A stretch of 27,964 nucleotides of DNA, taken from the IMG/VR virus record IMGVR_UViG_2866711008_000001; one strand, 5' to 3'. A model generated the notes under the pieces. The model saw nothing but the letters and a program-made list of their open reading frames with translations, ran no database searches and was not told where the DNA came from. A program made the position numbers and the translations under genes. Shown here piece after piece: positions 14,721-21,243 of this stretch. The DNA comes from a virus. Positions within the stretch are counted from its first letter, which is position 1. Each line of letters starts with the position of its first letter.

Positions 14721-14726
14721 CTTCGC

Positions 14727-16301
14727 TCACGCCATCCGAGATCGGCGAGACACCTTCCGAACCTTCGGCAACGTCCGCGCCAGATGCACCGCACCCGCCA
14801 CCGCGTACACCGCGTCAACCTGGCCGGCCTTCCGGGTGAACACCCACCCGCCGCCCTGCGTCAGCTTCTCCGCCTTCGCCACCTGAGCGTCGAGCATCTC
14901 CTGCCCGGAGTGCACCACCGTCCGCGCGGTGACCTCCTTCGCGAAACCCATCGCGGTCGCCGTCACCTCACCGCGGATCCCCTCGACCTGCACCCCGCGC
15001 GGCGGCCAGCCCCGGGCGCCGTCCTTCCGCCGGTCGGCCACCTTCGCCGCCACCGCCGCCGCCGGCCCCGACGGGAACCAACCGAGCACCTTCGGCCGGA
15101 CCCGCTCCGCCCACGCCGGCAGCTCCCGCTCCAGCTGCGACGCCGCATCCGGCCCGGACCACTCGTGCACCGTCTCCACCCGCACCCGCTCGTCGTCGAG
15201 CACCACCGCCACGGCGAGAGTGGCGTGCTGCCCGTCGAGCGACAGGTCCACGCACGCCGCCAGCCGCTGCCGCAGCTCGGTGTCCACCGGCGCCGGCACC
15301 CGACAGTCCCGCCACGCCGCCGGATCGATCGCCAGGTTCACCGAGTCGGTCTGCTGGATGCACATCACCTCGGTCTTGAACGTGCGCAGCAGATCCCCGT
15401 CCCCAGCCTCAGCCGACGCCGCCGCCGCCCGCGCGTCGTTCAGCAACCGCACCGCCGACTTGCCGCCGGCCAAGCCCAGCGTCGGATTCGACTGCGCCAG
15501 CGCCCGCACATCCGTCGGGTCCGCGTCCTCCGGCGCCGACCACTCGAACAGGCCCAGCGACGGATCACCCTCGCCCGACTCGATGAACGCCAACGCGGCG
15601 GCCCGCAGGTCGTTGAACGGCACACCCTTCGGATCCGGCGTCGTCAACGCCCAGTACTGGGCATCCTCGAACGCATCCATCGAGTAATACGCGGCCCCGT
15701 ACGCGTCGTAGTTGTACTGCTTCGCGAACTCGTCCGCGATCACCCGCCGGTTCGACATCGACCGGCCACCCTCAGCGTTGGACGCCGCGATCCCGTAGTG
15801 GCAGTCATCCGCCGACCACCACTCCTCCTCGCCGGTCGTCTTCCGGATCGCCCGCCGGTGCGGGTTCTCCGGCAGCCGATCCGGCAGCCGCCGCACCGCC
15901 AGGTTGAACGCCGACATCCACGGCTTCTTGGCGTACTTCGCCAGCGTGCTGGTGCCGAGAATGCTCGGGTGCTTCTCCTCGAAGATCCAGAACAGGGTCA
16001 GGTCCTCCACCTCGCGGGTCTTCCCCGACTGACGGCCCACCACCACGACCAGGCGCCGGAACCGCGGGATCCCGTCCGGCCGCAGCTCCCCGGCGTGGAT
16101 GGACAACCACCGCTGCCACGGCCACTTCGGACGGCCCAGCCGCCGCTCGGCAAACTCGACCTCCCGGAACCCGTACGACGTCTCCGGCGTCAGCGCGCAC
16201 CCGCAGCCACAGGGCCCAGGCGGGCCGGTCACCAGCGGCGGAGTCCACAGCCGCGGCGTGGTCGACCCGACCACCTCAACCTCACCGAGCGTCACCGTCA
16301 C
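14727..16301 (-). CDS. Terminase large subunit (524 aa)
   Basis: GTG 16301 after GGAGG. Walker A-like VVVGRQSGKTRE. C-terminal nuclease-type region (ACVDLSLDGQHATLAVAVV...). Located directly upstream of the portal domain. Confidence 0.85.
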   Translation of the reverse strand: MTVTLGEVEVVGSTTPRLWTPPLVTGPPGPCGCGCALTPETSYGFREVEFAERRLGRPKWPWQRWLSIHAGELRPDGIPRFRRLVVVVGRQSGKTREVEDLTLFWIFEEKHPSILGTSTLAKYAKKPWMSAFNLAVRRLPDRLPENPHRRAIRKTTGEEEWWSADDCHYGIAASNAEGGRSMSNRRVIADEFAKQYNYDAYGAAYYSMDAFEDAQYWALTTPDPKGVPFNDLRAAALAFIESGEGDPSLGLFEWSAPEDADPTDVRALAQSNPTLGLAGGKSAVRLLNDARAAAASAEAGDGDLLRTFKTEVMCIQQTDSVNLAIDPAAWRDCRVPAPVDTELRQRLAACVDLSLDGQHATLAVAVVLDDERVRVETVHEWSGPDAASQLERELPAWAERVRPKVLGWFPSGPAAAVAAKVADRRKDGARGWPPRGVQVEGIRGEVTATAMGFAKEVTARTVVHSGQEMLDAQVAKAEKLTQGGGWVFTRKAGQVDAVYAVAGAVHLARTLPKVRKVSRRSRMA

Positions 16302-16392
16302 GGAGCACCTCCAAATCGCGCACGCAAATTCCGGACAGAGCGGGCTGTCCTGCTCGGCCCCCAGCCGGGAAAACGTGGAACTTCTTCGATGT

Positions 16393-17097
16393 TCACGCGG
16401 CCGACTCTCTGCTTCGATCGAGGTAACTGGCCAGCGCCTGCGCGATCTTCGGGTCGTCTCTCACCAAGCCAGCTGCGATGTTGCAGGAGTGGCAGATCAG
16501 TCCGCGTACGCACTGGCCACACGAGTGGGTGCTGGCGGGGCAGCAGTCATGGTCGTGGTCGACCACGAGTCGCGCTGTGTTCTTGCCGTGACCCGACGAC
16601 CTCACCCGCTTCAGCAGGTCGACCCCGCAGATCTCGCAGCCCGGTTCGGTGAGCAGTTGGCGTGCGCGTTCGTGTGGCACGCGGTGGGACTTGAGCCGGT
16701 CGACTACGTGCTTGATGGGGGCGGTGCAGTTATCGCAGATGTAGGGCCACACGCTTCCTGGCCTTCTGCTGTGCGGGGCTTCCTTGCCGCACCAGGCGCA
16801 CCGGTGTTGCGTTCTGCGGTAGGGGTGGTAGCCCGCGGCCTTGCATTCGGTCGAGCAGTACTTGGTGCCTGCACCGTCCACGCTCATGGTGAAGGTGTTG
16901 CCGCACTGCTGGCAGATGCGTTCGCGGTTGCTGCATGCCCTGCCTGCGCAGTACATGCCCCATTCCTGTGCGGTGGTGATCCACCGTGCTGGCCTGGCAC
17001 ACATCCGGCACCGGGGTGGCGCGTCCTCCGCGGGCTGTGCCTGAGCCTGGCTGGGCTGGGTGGCCAGTTCGAGGATGGATAGCTGCTCGTTCACCAT
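16393..17097 (-). CDS. Endonuclease VII domain protein with N-terminal zinc ribbons (234 aa)
   Basis: C-terminus CEICGVDLLKR...ARLVVDHDHDCCPASTHSCGQCVRGLICHSCNIAAGLVRDDP matches the Endonuclease_7 signature (CxxC...VDHDH...RGLLCxxCN). The N-terminus has several CxxC pairs. Start is ATG 17097 or the in-frame GTG 17094 (GTGA overlap). Confidence 0.75.
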   Translation of the reverse strand: MVNEQLSILELATQPSQAQAQPAEDAPPRCRMCARPARWITTAQEWGMYCAGRACSNRERICQQCGNTFTMSVDGAGTKYCSTECKAAGYHPYRRTQHRCAWCGKEAPHSRRPGSVWPYICDNCTAPIKHVVDRLKSHRVPHERARQLLTEPGCEICGVDLLKRVRSSGHGKNTARLVVDHDHDCCPASTHSCGQCVRGLICHSCNIAAGLVRDDPKIAQALASYLDRSRESAA

Positions 17098-17390
17098 CTG
17101 GTCACCGCCTTGTTCGGAGGATCTTCGTGGTCTGCCGGATTTCCGATGAACAGGTTGCAGTTGGTGCAGGAGGCGACCATGTGGCGCGGGTCGTCGCCGG
17201 TTCTGGCTTTGCCGTGGGTGTGGTGGACGCAGTCTTGGGTGTCGGTGCAGGTGTGGGTGGTGGTGCGGTTGGCTTGGTCGCACCATCCGTCGCGGTGTGC
17301 TCGGCATCCTTGGCCTGCGTCGCGGAGTAGGACGGCTGCTCGGATGGTGCGCCATGCTCTGGTGCTGCCGCGTCCCCAGCTCTTGCTCAT
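17091..17390 (-). CDS. HNH endonuclease (99 aa)
   Basis: ATGA overlap start at 17390. STRAWRTIRAAVLLRDAGQGCRAHRDGWC...VHHTHGKARTGDDPRHMVASCTNCN fits the phage HNH pattern (WRxxRxxVLxRD.G.C....C...HH......N....CxxCN). Confidence 0.75.
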   Translation of the reverse strand: MSKSWGRGSTRAWRTIRAAVLLRDAGQGCRAHRDGWCDQANRTTTHTCTDTQDCVHHTHGKARTGDDPRHMVASCTNCNLFIGNPADHEDPPNKAVTRW

Positions 17391-17587
17391 CGGGGCGGCA
17401 GCCAGGTGTGGACGTCGATGGGCTGTGCGGGGTGGGAGCAGCCGCGTAGGTGGCGGAGTTCCAGGCCGACGAGCTGCTCCCGCTTGAAGGTGGCGACCAG
17501 GGTGGGCCGGCGGCAGGTGCACTGCGTCGGGTCGTTGAGCATGGGCTCGACGATGCGGCGGCGGGTGCGGGTGCGGGTGGTGGTCAC
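17387..17587 (-). CDS. Hypothetical protein (66 aa)
   Basis: GTGA-coupled start at 17587. VTTTRTRTRRRIVEPMLNDPTQCTCRRPTLVATFKREQLVGLELRHLRGCSHPAQPIDVHTWLPPR. An alternative ATG lies at codon 16. Confidence 0.45.
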   Translation of the reverse strand: MTTTRTRTRRRIVEPMLNDPTQCTCRRPTLVATFKREQLVGLELRHLRGCSHPAQPIDVHTWLPPR

Positions 17588-18459
17588 GGCTTCTCCTGTC
17601 GGCGGATGGCGGCGGCGGCGAGTTCGGCGCCGCGTCGGGATCGGGTGGTCATGTCGGGGTCGTGGAGGCAGAGCCGTCCGTCGCGTTGGCCGTGCTGGTC
17701 GCAGAGCGGGCAGGCGTCGATGGCGGCGCGTACGGCGGCGGCTTGCTGGCGGGCGCGCTCCGACTGGATGCGGGCGAGGATCGCGGCCTGGTCTCGGTCC
17801 CACCGTTCGCGTGCCTTGCGGGCGTCGGCGCACTTGCCGCAGGGGGGCGGGTTGGGGTGGTCGCGGTGGTCTTCGCATTGGTTGGAGGGGGGGCTCTGAG
17901 TCGGTTGGGTCGAGGTGCTTTCGGGTTCGTCGTCAGCTCGCGCGCGCGTCCCTTCCCTTCCCTTCCCTTCCTTTTCCCTTCCCTTCCCACCCGGAACGTT
18001 CCGGGAGTCCTCCGGGAGTGTTCCGGGAGCATTCCGGGAAGGGCTGTTGACCTGCGAAGACGTGCCGTTTTCGACGTTGCGAGGCTCGTTCGGCTGCTCG
18101 TCGCCCGATTCATCGACGGACGTGCCCGCAGCGGGGCCCGGAATGCGGCTCGGGGTCGGCTTCGAGATCTTCTGGTGCTCGTGCCAGTTGACGACTTCGA
18201 GGTACCGGACGCCGGCGACCTCGTACCGGATGATCCGGCCGTTCGCGGCGAGCACAGCAAGGTCGTCTTCGATGTCCGCAAGGCTGACGTCGTCGAGAGG
18301 CCACACGTCGCCCTTGATCAACCGGGCGTTGTCCTTCAGGCGGCCCTGGTCGTCCGCGTGGGTCCACAGTCCAACCCACGTGAGTCGGGCGCGGAACGGC
18401 AGCACCGACACGTCTTCGGACTTGAAGAAGCTCGGCTTGATCGTGCGGATCCGGGGCAT
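17584..18459 (-). CDS. Putative DNA-binding replication organiser / initiator-like protein (291 aa)
   Basis: ATG 18459 after GAGGAAG, sharing one base with the previous stop. The N-terminus MPRIRTIKPSFFKSEDVSVLPFRARLTWVGLWTHADDQGRL is a recurrent opening of phage and plasmid replication-associated DNA-binding proteins. It is followed by a low-complexity linker and a C-terminal Cys cluster (PPCGKCADA...AIDACPLCDQHGQRDGRLCLH). Confidence 0.45.
   Translation of the reverse strand: MPRIRTIKPSFFKSEDVSVLPFRARLTWVGLWTHADDQGRLKDNARLIKGDVWPLDDVSLADIEDDLAVLAANGRIIRYEVAGVRYLEVVNWHEHQKISKPTPSRIPGPAAGTSVDESGDEQPNEPRNVENGTSSQVNSPSRNAPGTLPEDSRNVPGGKGREKEGKGREGTRARADDEPESTSTQPTQSPPSNQCEDHRDHPNPPPCGKCADARKARERWDRDQAAILARIQSERARQQAAAVRAAIDACPLCDQHGQRDGRLCLHDPDMTTRSRRGAELAAAAIRRQEKP
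17949..17988. repeat. 40-nt pure pyrimidine (plus strand) / purine (coding strand) tract built from (CCCTT)n
   Basis: tcccttcccttcccttcccttccttttcccttcccttccc read directly. It is a near-mirror repeat and immediately flanks the palindrome and iterons. Confidence 0.85.
17997..18040. repeat. Four tandem 11-bp iterons, consensus nnTTCCGGGAG; the first overlaps a 14-bp perfect palindrome at 17991-18004
   Basis: The four units are cgttccgggag, tcctccgggag, tgttccgggag and cattccgggaa, starting at 17997, 18008, 18019 and 18030. ccggaacgttccgg (17991-18004) is its own reverse complement. Confidence 0.85.
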
Positions 18460-18734
18460 CAGGTCTTCCTCTTCTTGCGGGCTGGTGCGGGGCCTGGGGC
18501 GGCCGTTTCGGACTTGCAGGTGACGCAGCGGGTCGGGTACCAGCGGCGGGCGCCGCCGTATGGGGGGCCGTTGGGGAACAGGTAGCCGGCGCAGCTGCGG
18601 CAGGTGCCGACGGGTTGGCGGCGGGCTATGGCGTCCATCCAGGGGGCGGCGTTGATGCTGTGGGTGCCGGGGAGGCGGTAGCGGGGCCAGATGCCGCCGC
18701 GGCCGTCGTGGATGAGCGGGGCCTGGTGGGTCAC
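18459..18734 (-). CDS. Small C4 zinc-ribbon-like protein (91 aa), hypothetical
   Basis: GTGA-coupled start at 18734. ...VGTCRSCAGYLFPNGPPYGGARRWYPTRCVTCKSE...KKRKT. The longer ORF 18459..18968 is an extension across the upstream gene. Confidence 0.55.
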   Translation of the reverse strand: MTHQAPLIHDGRGGIWPRYRLPGTHSINAAPWMDAIARRQPVGTCRSCAGYLFPNGPPYGGARRWYPTRCVTCKSETAAPGPAPARKKRKT

Positions 18735-19033
18735 GGGTGCGCCCCTCGGCCAGCGGCCGTGCAGCGCGGGCAGATGCCGGCCGACAGAGGCGGATGGGTG
18801 GGGTCCGGCACGCTGGACGGCTTGCCGCCGACGTCGCGCCACTCGTGGCCGCCGAACGGACGGGTGCACAGCGGGCAGGGCAGCCAGAAGAACCCTGCGC
18901 GGTGTGCCCACCAGCGGTGCACGGCGCGGAGTCGGTAGGGGACAAGGACGCGGGGCCACTCCAGCCATGCTGGGTAGGAGCGGGCGAGCTTCTTCCCGGG
19001 TCGGATGGTGAGGCGGACCTCGTAGCGGGTCAT
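18731..19033 (-). CDS. Small C4 zinc-ribbon-like protein (100 aa), hypothetical
   Basis: ATGA-coupled start at 19033. MTRYEVRLTIRPGKKLARSYPAWLEWPRVLVPYRLRAVHRWWAHRAGFFWLPCPLCTRPFGGHEW...GICPRCTAAG. Confidence 0.55.
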   Translation of the reverse strand: MTRYEVRLTIRPGKKLARSYPAWLEWPRVLVPYRLRAVHRWWAHRAGFFWLPCPLCTRPFGGHEWRDVGGKPSSVPDPTHPPLSAGICPRCTAAGRGAHP

Positions 19034-19335
19034 CGGCTGATCCCGGGCAGCTCGACGGTGACGGTCGACGGGCCGTCCTGGCAGCACGGCTCGCCGTCGG
19101 GGGCGGGACAGCCGTGGAGGCAGACGCCGCAGGACCGGTCGGCGCAGTGTTGGCCGGTGTCGTCGGCGGCGCACTGCTCGGGGTCGCAGATGCAGCAGCT
19201 GGGCTGGGTCATCGGTTGCGCCTCCGGATCAGGTCGGCGAGCAGCGCGGCGCGTAGGGGGCGGGTGCGTAGGCGGCGGATGACCATGGGCACCAGGTGCC
19301 GGAATCACCGCCGCCCGCACGCTCGGATCGGTCAT
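19030..19335 (-). CDS. Cys-rich small protein (101 aa; or 60 aa if it starts at ATG 19212), hypothetical
   Basis: ATGA-coupled start at 19335. An internal ATG at 19212 has a strong GGAGG. The Cys-rich core is MTQPSCCICDPEQCAADDTGQHCADRSCGVCLHGCPAPDGEPCCQDG. Confidence 0.5.
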   Translation of the reverse strand: MTDPSVRAAVIPAPGAHGHPPPTHPPPTRRAARRPDPEAQPMTQPSCCICDPEQCAADDTGQHCADRSCGVCLHGCPAPDGEPCCQDGPSTVTVELPGISR

Positions 19336-19667
19336 GACGTCAGGTCCAGCCGTTCGGCGATCGCCGCGACGGTCGGGCACGCGCCCCGGCAGAGCGACTC
19401 TTCGCAGCCGACGCACCACGGGCACTGGCAGTGGCAGTGGTGCGTGTGGGTGTTGACCCCGTCGTCGGTGCACTCGAACCGGCCCTGCCCGAAGCACGTG
19501 CCGCAGTCCGTCCAGGGCCGGCAGCCCTGCTCGGGTAGTTCGGCGTGGTGGATGTCGAGGACGCGGAAGACGACCCCGCGGAGCAGCTGGTTGGTGTCGG
19601 GCCGGTTGAGGTGCTCGCGGATGGCGTGGACGGCCTGGTCGTGGGTGGCGATCAGCAGCCCGGTCAT
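19332..19667 (-). CDS. Cys/His-rich protein with a DnaJ-type CxxCxGxG motif (111 aa), hypothetical
   Basis: ATGA-coupled start at 19667. ...GCRPWTDCGTCFGQGRFECTDDGVNTHTHHCHCQCPWCVGCEESLCRGACP. Confidence 0.55.
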   Translation of the reverse strand: MTGLLIATHDQAVHAIREHLNRPDTNQLLRGVVFRVLDIHHAELPEQGCRPWTDCGTCFGQGRFECTDDGVNTHTHHCHCQCPWCVGCEESLCRGACPTVAAIAERLDLTS

Positions 19668-20215
19668 CGGCCACCACCGAACATGCCGGCGAGCGCGAAC
19701 AGCTCCAGCTGCTCTGGGCGCTCCGGCTCGGGATCGGCGAACCACTTCGGGTGGCACGGGTGGCAGACGCATCGGCCGTCAGGGCACGGTGTACCGTCCG
19801 GCCAGAGCTTTCCCCAGTACTCGCACCACTGTCGGCCGTCGTCCGTCAGTCCTCGCAGCAGAGTTGCGCCCATGCCGCCGAGCACGAAGCCACGCCAGCC
19901 CCACTTGAGCGGACCGGGCACCTCGCCCGGGTAGCCGTGGCAGACGACCCAGTCGCCGGCCTGGAATGGGCTGTGGGCCGGGACCGGGCTCAGCGCGGTG
20001 GTCCACAGCTGGTCGTCGGGCAGGAATGCGGCGGTGACGACGTGCTGGGCGGGCCCGCTGAAGCGCGGGATCTCGACGCGGGTCGTCGTCAGCCGCGGTG
20101 GGGTCCTCTTCGCGCGCCTGCTCGCCTTCGTCTGCACGGCGGGTCCTTCCTCGAGGGAGCGGGCGCCCCGCCCAACGTGTGCCGGGCGGGGCGCGGTGAT
20201 CTGCGCGGTGGTCAT
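19664..20215 (-). CDS. Hypothetical protein (183 aa) with a C-terminal Cys/His cluster
   Basis: ORF track 19664..20215, ATGA-coupled. ...WCEYWGKLWPDGTPCPDGRCVCHPCHPKWF... Confidence 0.6.
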   Translation of the reverse strand: MTTAQITAPRPAHVGRGARSLEEGPAVQTKASRRAKRTPPRLTTTRVEIPRFSGPAQHVVTAAFLPDDQLWTTALSPVPAHSPFQAGDWVVCHGYPGEVPGPLKWGWRGFVLGGMGATLLRGLTDDGRQWCEYWGKLWPDGTPCPDGRCVCHPCHPKWFADPEPERPEQLELFALAGMFGGGR

Positions 20216-20403
20216 GACTGCCGGGGTGGGCGGAGCAGGTTCCGGACGTCGAGCAGCGCGTCGACGAGCTGCTGCCGGTCGCGGTGGCCGGTGGCGAGTC
20301 GGGCGTCGACGAGCGCCACGGCCTGGTCGACGCGGGCGGCGAGTTCGTCCGGCTGGGCGACGGTCGGTTCCGTCGGCGGCGGGGTGGAGGGTCGGAGCCT
20401 CAC
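20212..20403 (-). CDS. Hypothetical protein (63 aa)
   Basis: GTGA-coupled start at 20403. VRLRPSTPPPTEPTVAQPDELAARVDQAVALVDARLATGHRDRQQLVDALLDVRNLLRPPRQS. Confidence 0.5.
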   Translation of the reverse strand: MRLRPSTPPPTEPTVAQPDELAARVDQAVALVDARLATGHRDRQQLVDALLDVRNLLRPPRQS

Positions 20404-20711
20404 GGGACGTTCACCCCCGCTCGCCGCTGCTCGATCAGGCCGCGCCACAGCCGGTTCAGGGCCTCCGTCTCGGCGTCGTACTGCAAGCCGTTGCGGACCT
20501 GGAAGCCGCGGTTGACGGCCTCGGCCCACGTCATGGGGGCGCGCCAGAAGTCACCCACGACCTGGCCGAGGACGCAGTTGAGGCTGTCGTCGATGTCGAG
20601 TCGGCTGAGGTCGACCAGCGCGGGCCAGCCGGGGTGCTGCTGGTCGAGCCAGTCAGCACCGAGGTTGACGCGGTGGCGCAGCTCGCCGATGGTCATGGCC
20701 GGGGCGGTCAC
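20400..20711 (-). CDS. Hypothetical protein (103 aa)
   Basis: ORF track 20400..20711, GTGA-coupled. ...LGADWLDQQHPGWPALVDLSRLDIDDSLNCVLGQVVGDFW... looks like ordinary globular sequence. Confidence 0.65.
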   Translation of the reverse strand: MTAPAMTIGELRHRVNLGADWLDQQHPGWPALVDLSRLDIDDSLNCVLGQVVGDFWRAPMTWAEAVNRGFQVRNGLQYDAETEALNRLWRGLIEQRRAGVNVP

Positions 20712-21052
20712 CGGTCACCACCCATCAGCTCACGCAGCCGCGCCAGGTCGCTGGCCCGGAACGTGCGCAGCTCTTCGGTCGCGTCGACGTCAGCGTCGTT
20801 GCACTCCTCCGTGCATTCGTTGCGGCCGCACGGGCACTCGATCGGCGCGGGCACGAGCGGCCGGTGCCCGGCCAGGCACTCGACGTGCCACTGCCCGACC
20901 CAGGCGTCGGCGGGCGCCGGCGGTGGCGACGGGTCGGTCAGGTCGCGGCGGAGCAGCCCCACGGACAGCTCCCAGCTGAGGTAGAGCTCTTCGTCGCAGT
21001 CGCGCATCGGACACGACAGCGGGGTGTATGGGCCGGCTTCGGGGGCGGTCAC
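20708..21052 (-). CDS. Cys-rich hypothetical protein (114 aa)
   Basis: GTGA-coupled start at 21052. VTAPEAGPYTPLSCPMRDCDEELYLSWEL...WHVECLAGHRPLVPAPIECPCGRNECTEECND. Confidence 0.55.
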   Translation of the reverse strand: MTAPEAGPYTPLSCPMRDCDEELYLSWELSVGLLRRDLTDPSPPPAPADAWVGQWHVECLAGHRPLVPAPIECPCGRNECTEECNDADVDATEELRTFRASDLARLRELMGGDR

Positions 21053-21243
21053 TGGGTGCCGTCCTCGCCGAGCAGCGCCAGCACCTCCGACTCCCGGAAC
21101 CGGTGGTGCCCGCCCGGGGTGCGGATGCTGCCGATCAGGCCGGCCTGCGCCCACCGGGTGACGGTCTTCGCGTCGACCCGGAACAGCCGGGCCACCTCGC
21201 CGGGCGTGAGCAGCCGGTCCCGGGGCTTGCCGGGGGCCGTCAC
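21049..21243 (-). CDS. MerR/excisionase-type HTH DNA-binding protein, BldC-like (64 aa)
   Basis: GTGA-coupled. MTAPGKPRDRLLTPGEVARLFRVDAKTVTRWAQAGLIGSIRTPGGHHRFRESEVLALL matches the single-domain MerR-like HTH pattern (LLTP.EVA..FRVD.KTVTRWA..G.....RT.GGH.R.RE.EV..LL). Confidence 0.75.
   Translation of the reverse strand: MTAPGKPRDRLLTPGEVARLFRVDAKTVTRWAQAGLIGSIRTPGGHHRFRESEVLALLGEDGTQ

Noticed and set aside
16302-16392. Weak hairpin (16333-16350) as a definite early/late terminator or cos site
   Set aside because: The stem is only 6 bp with no clear U-tract, and no end-mapping data are available. It is mentioned only as a candidate boundary within a finding and is not called as a feature.
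14784-16652. 622-aa plus-strand ORF opposite the terminase gene. The same applies to 8817..10823 (668 aa) and 5895..7445 (516 aa), both on the plus strand.
   Set aside because: These are Arg/Pro-rich shadow ORFs antisense to genes with clear terminase, beta-helix and tape-measure character. They have no ribosome-binding sites and no motifs.
17949-18040. Tandem short repeats considered as a CRISPR array or a simple microsatellite
   Set aside because: The units are 5 and 11 bp with no spacers, and they lie inside a continuous ORF. This is not CRISPR architecture. They are kept as an origin-like feature instead.
17584-18945. Longest-ORF versions of several minus-strand genes: 453 aa here, 275 aa at 22883..23710, 320 aa at 16393..17355, 282 aa at 8130..8978 and 260 aa at 11155..11937
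   Set aside because: The N-terminal extensions are Arg/Pro/Ala-rich and overlap upstream genes read in better frames. They are also unnecessary, because an internal start with an SD sequence or an ATGA/GTGA overlap sits exactly at the upstream stop.
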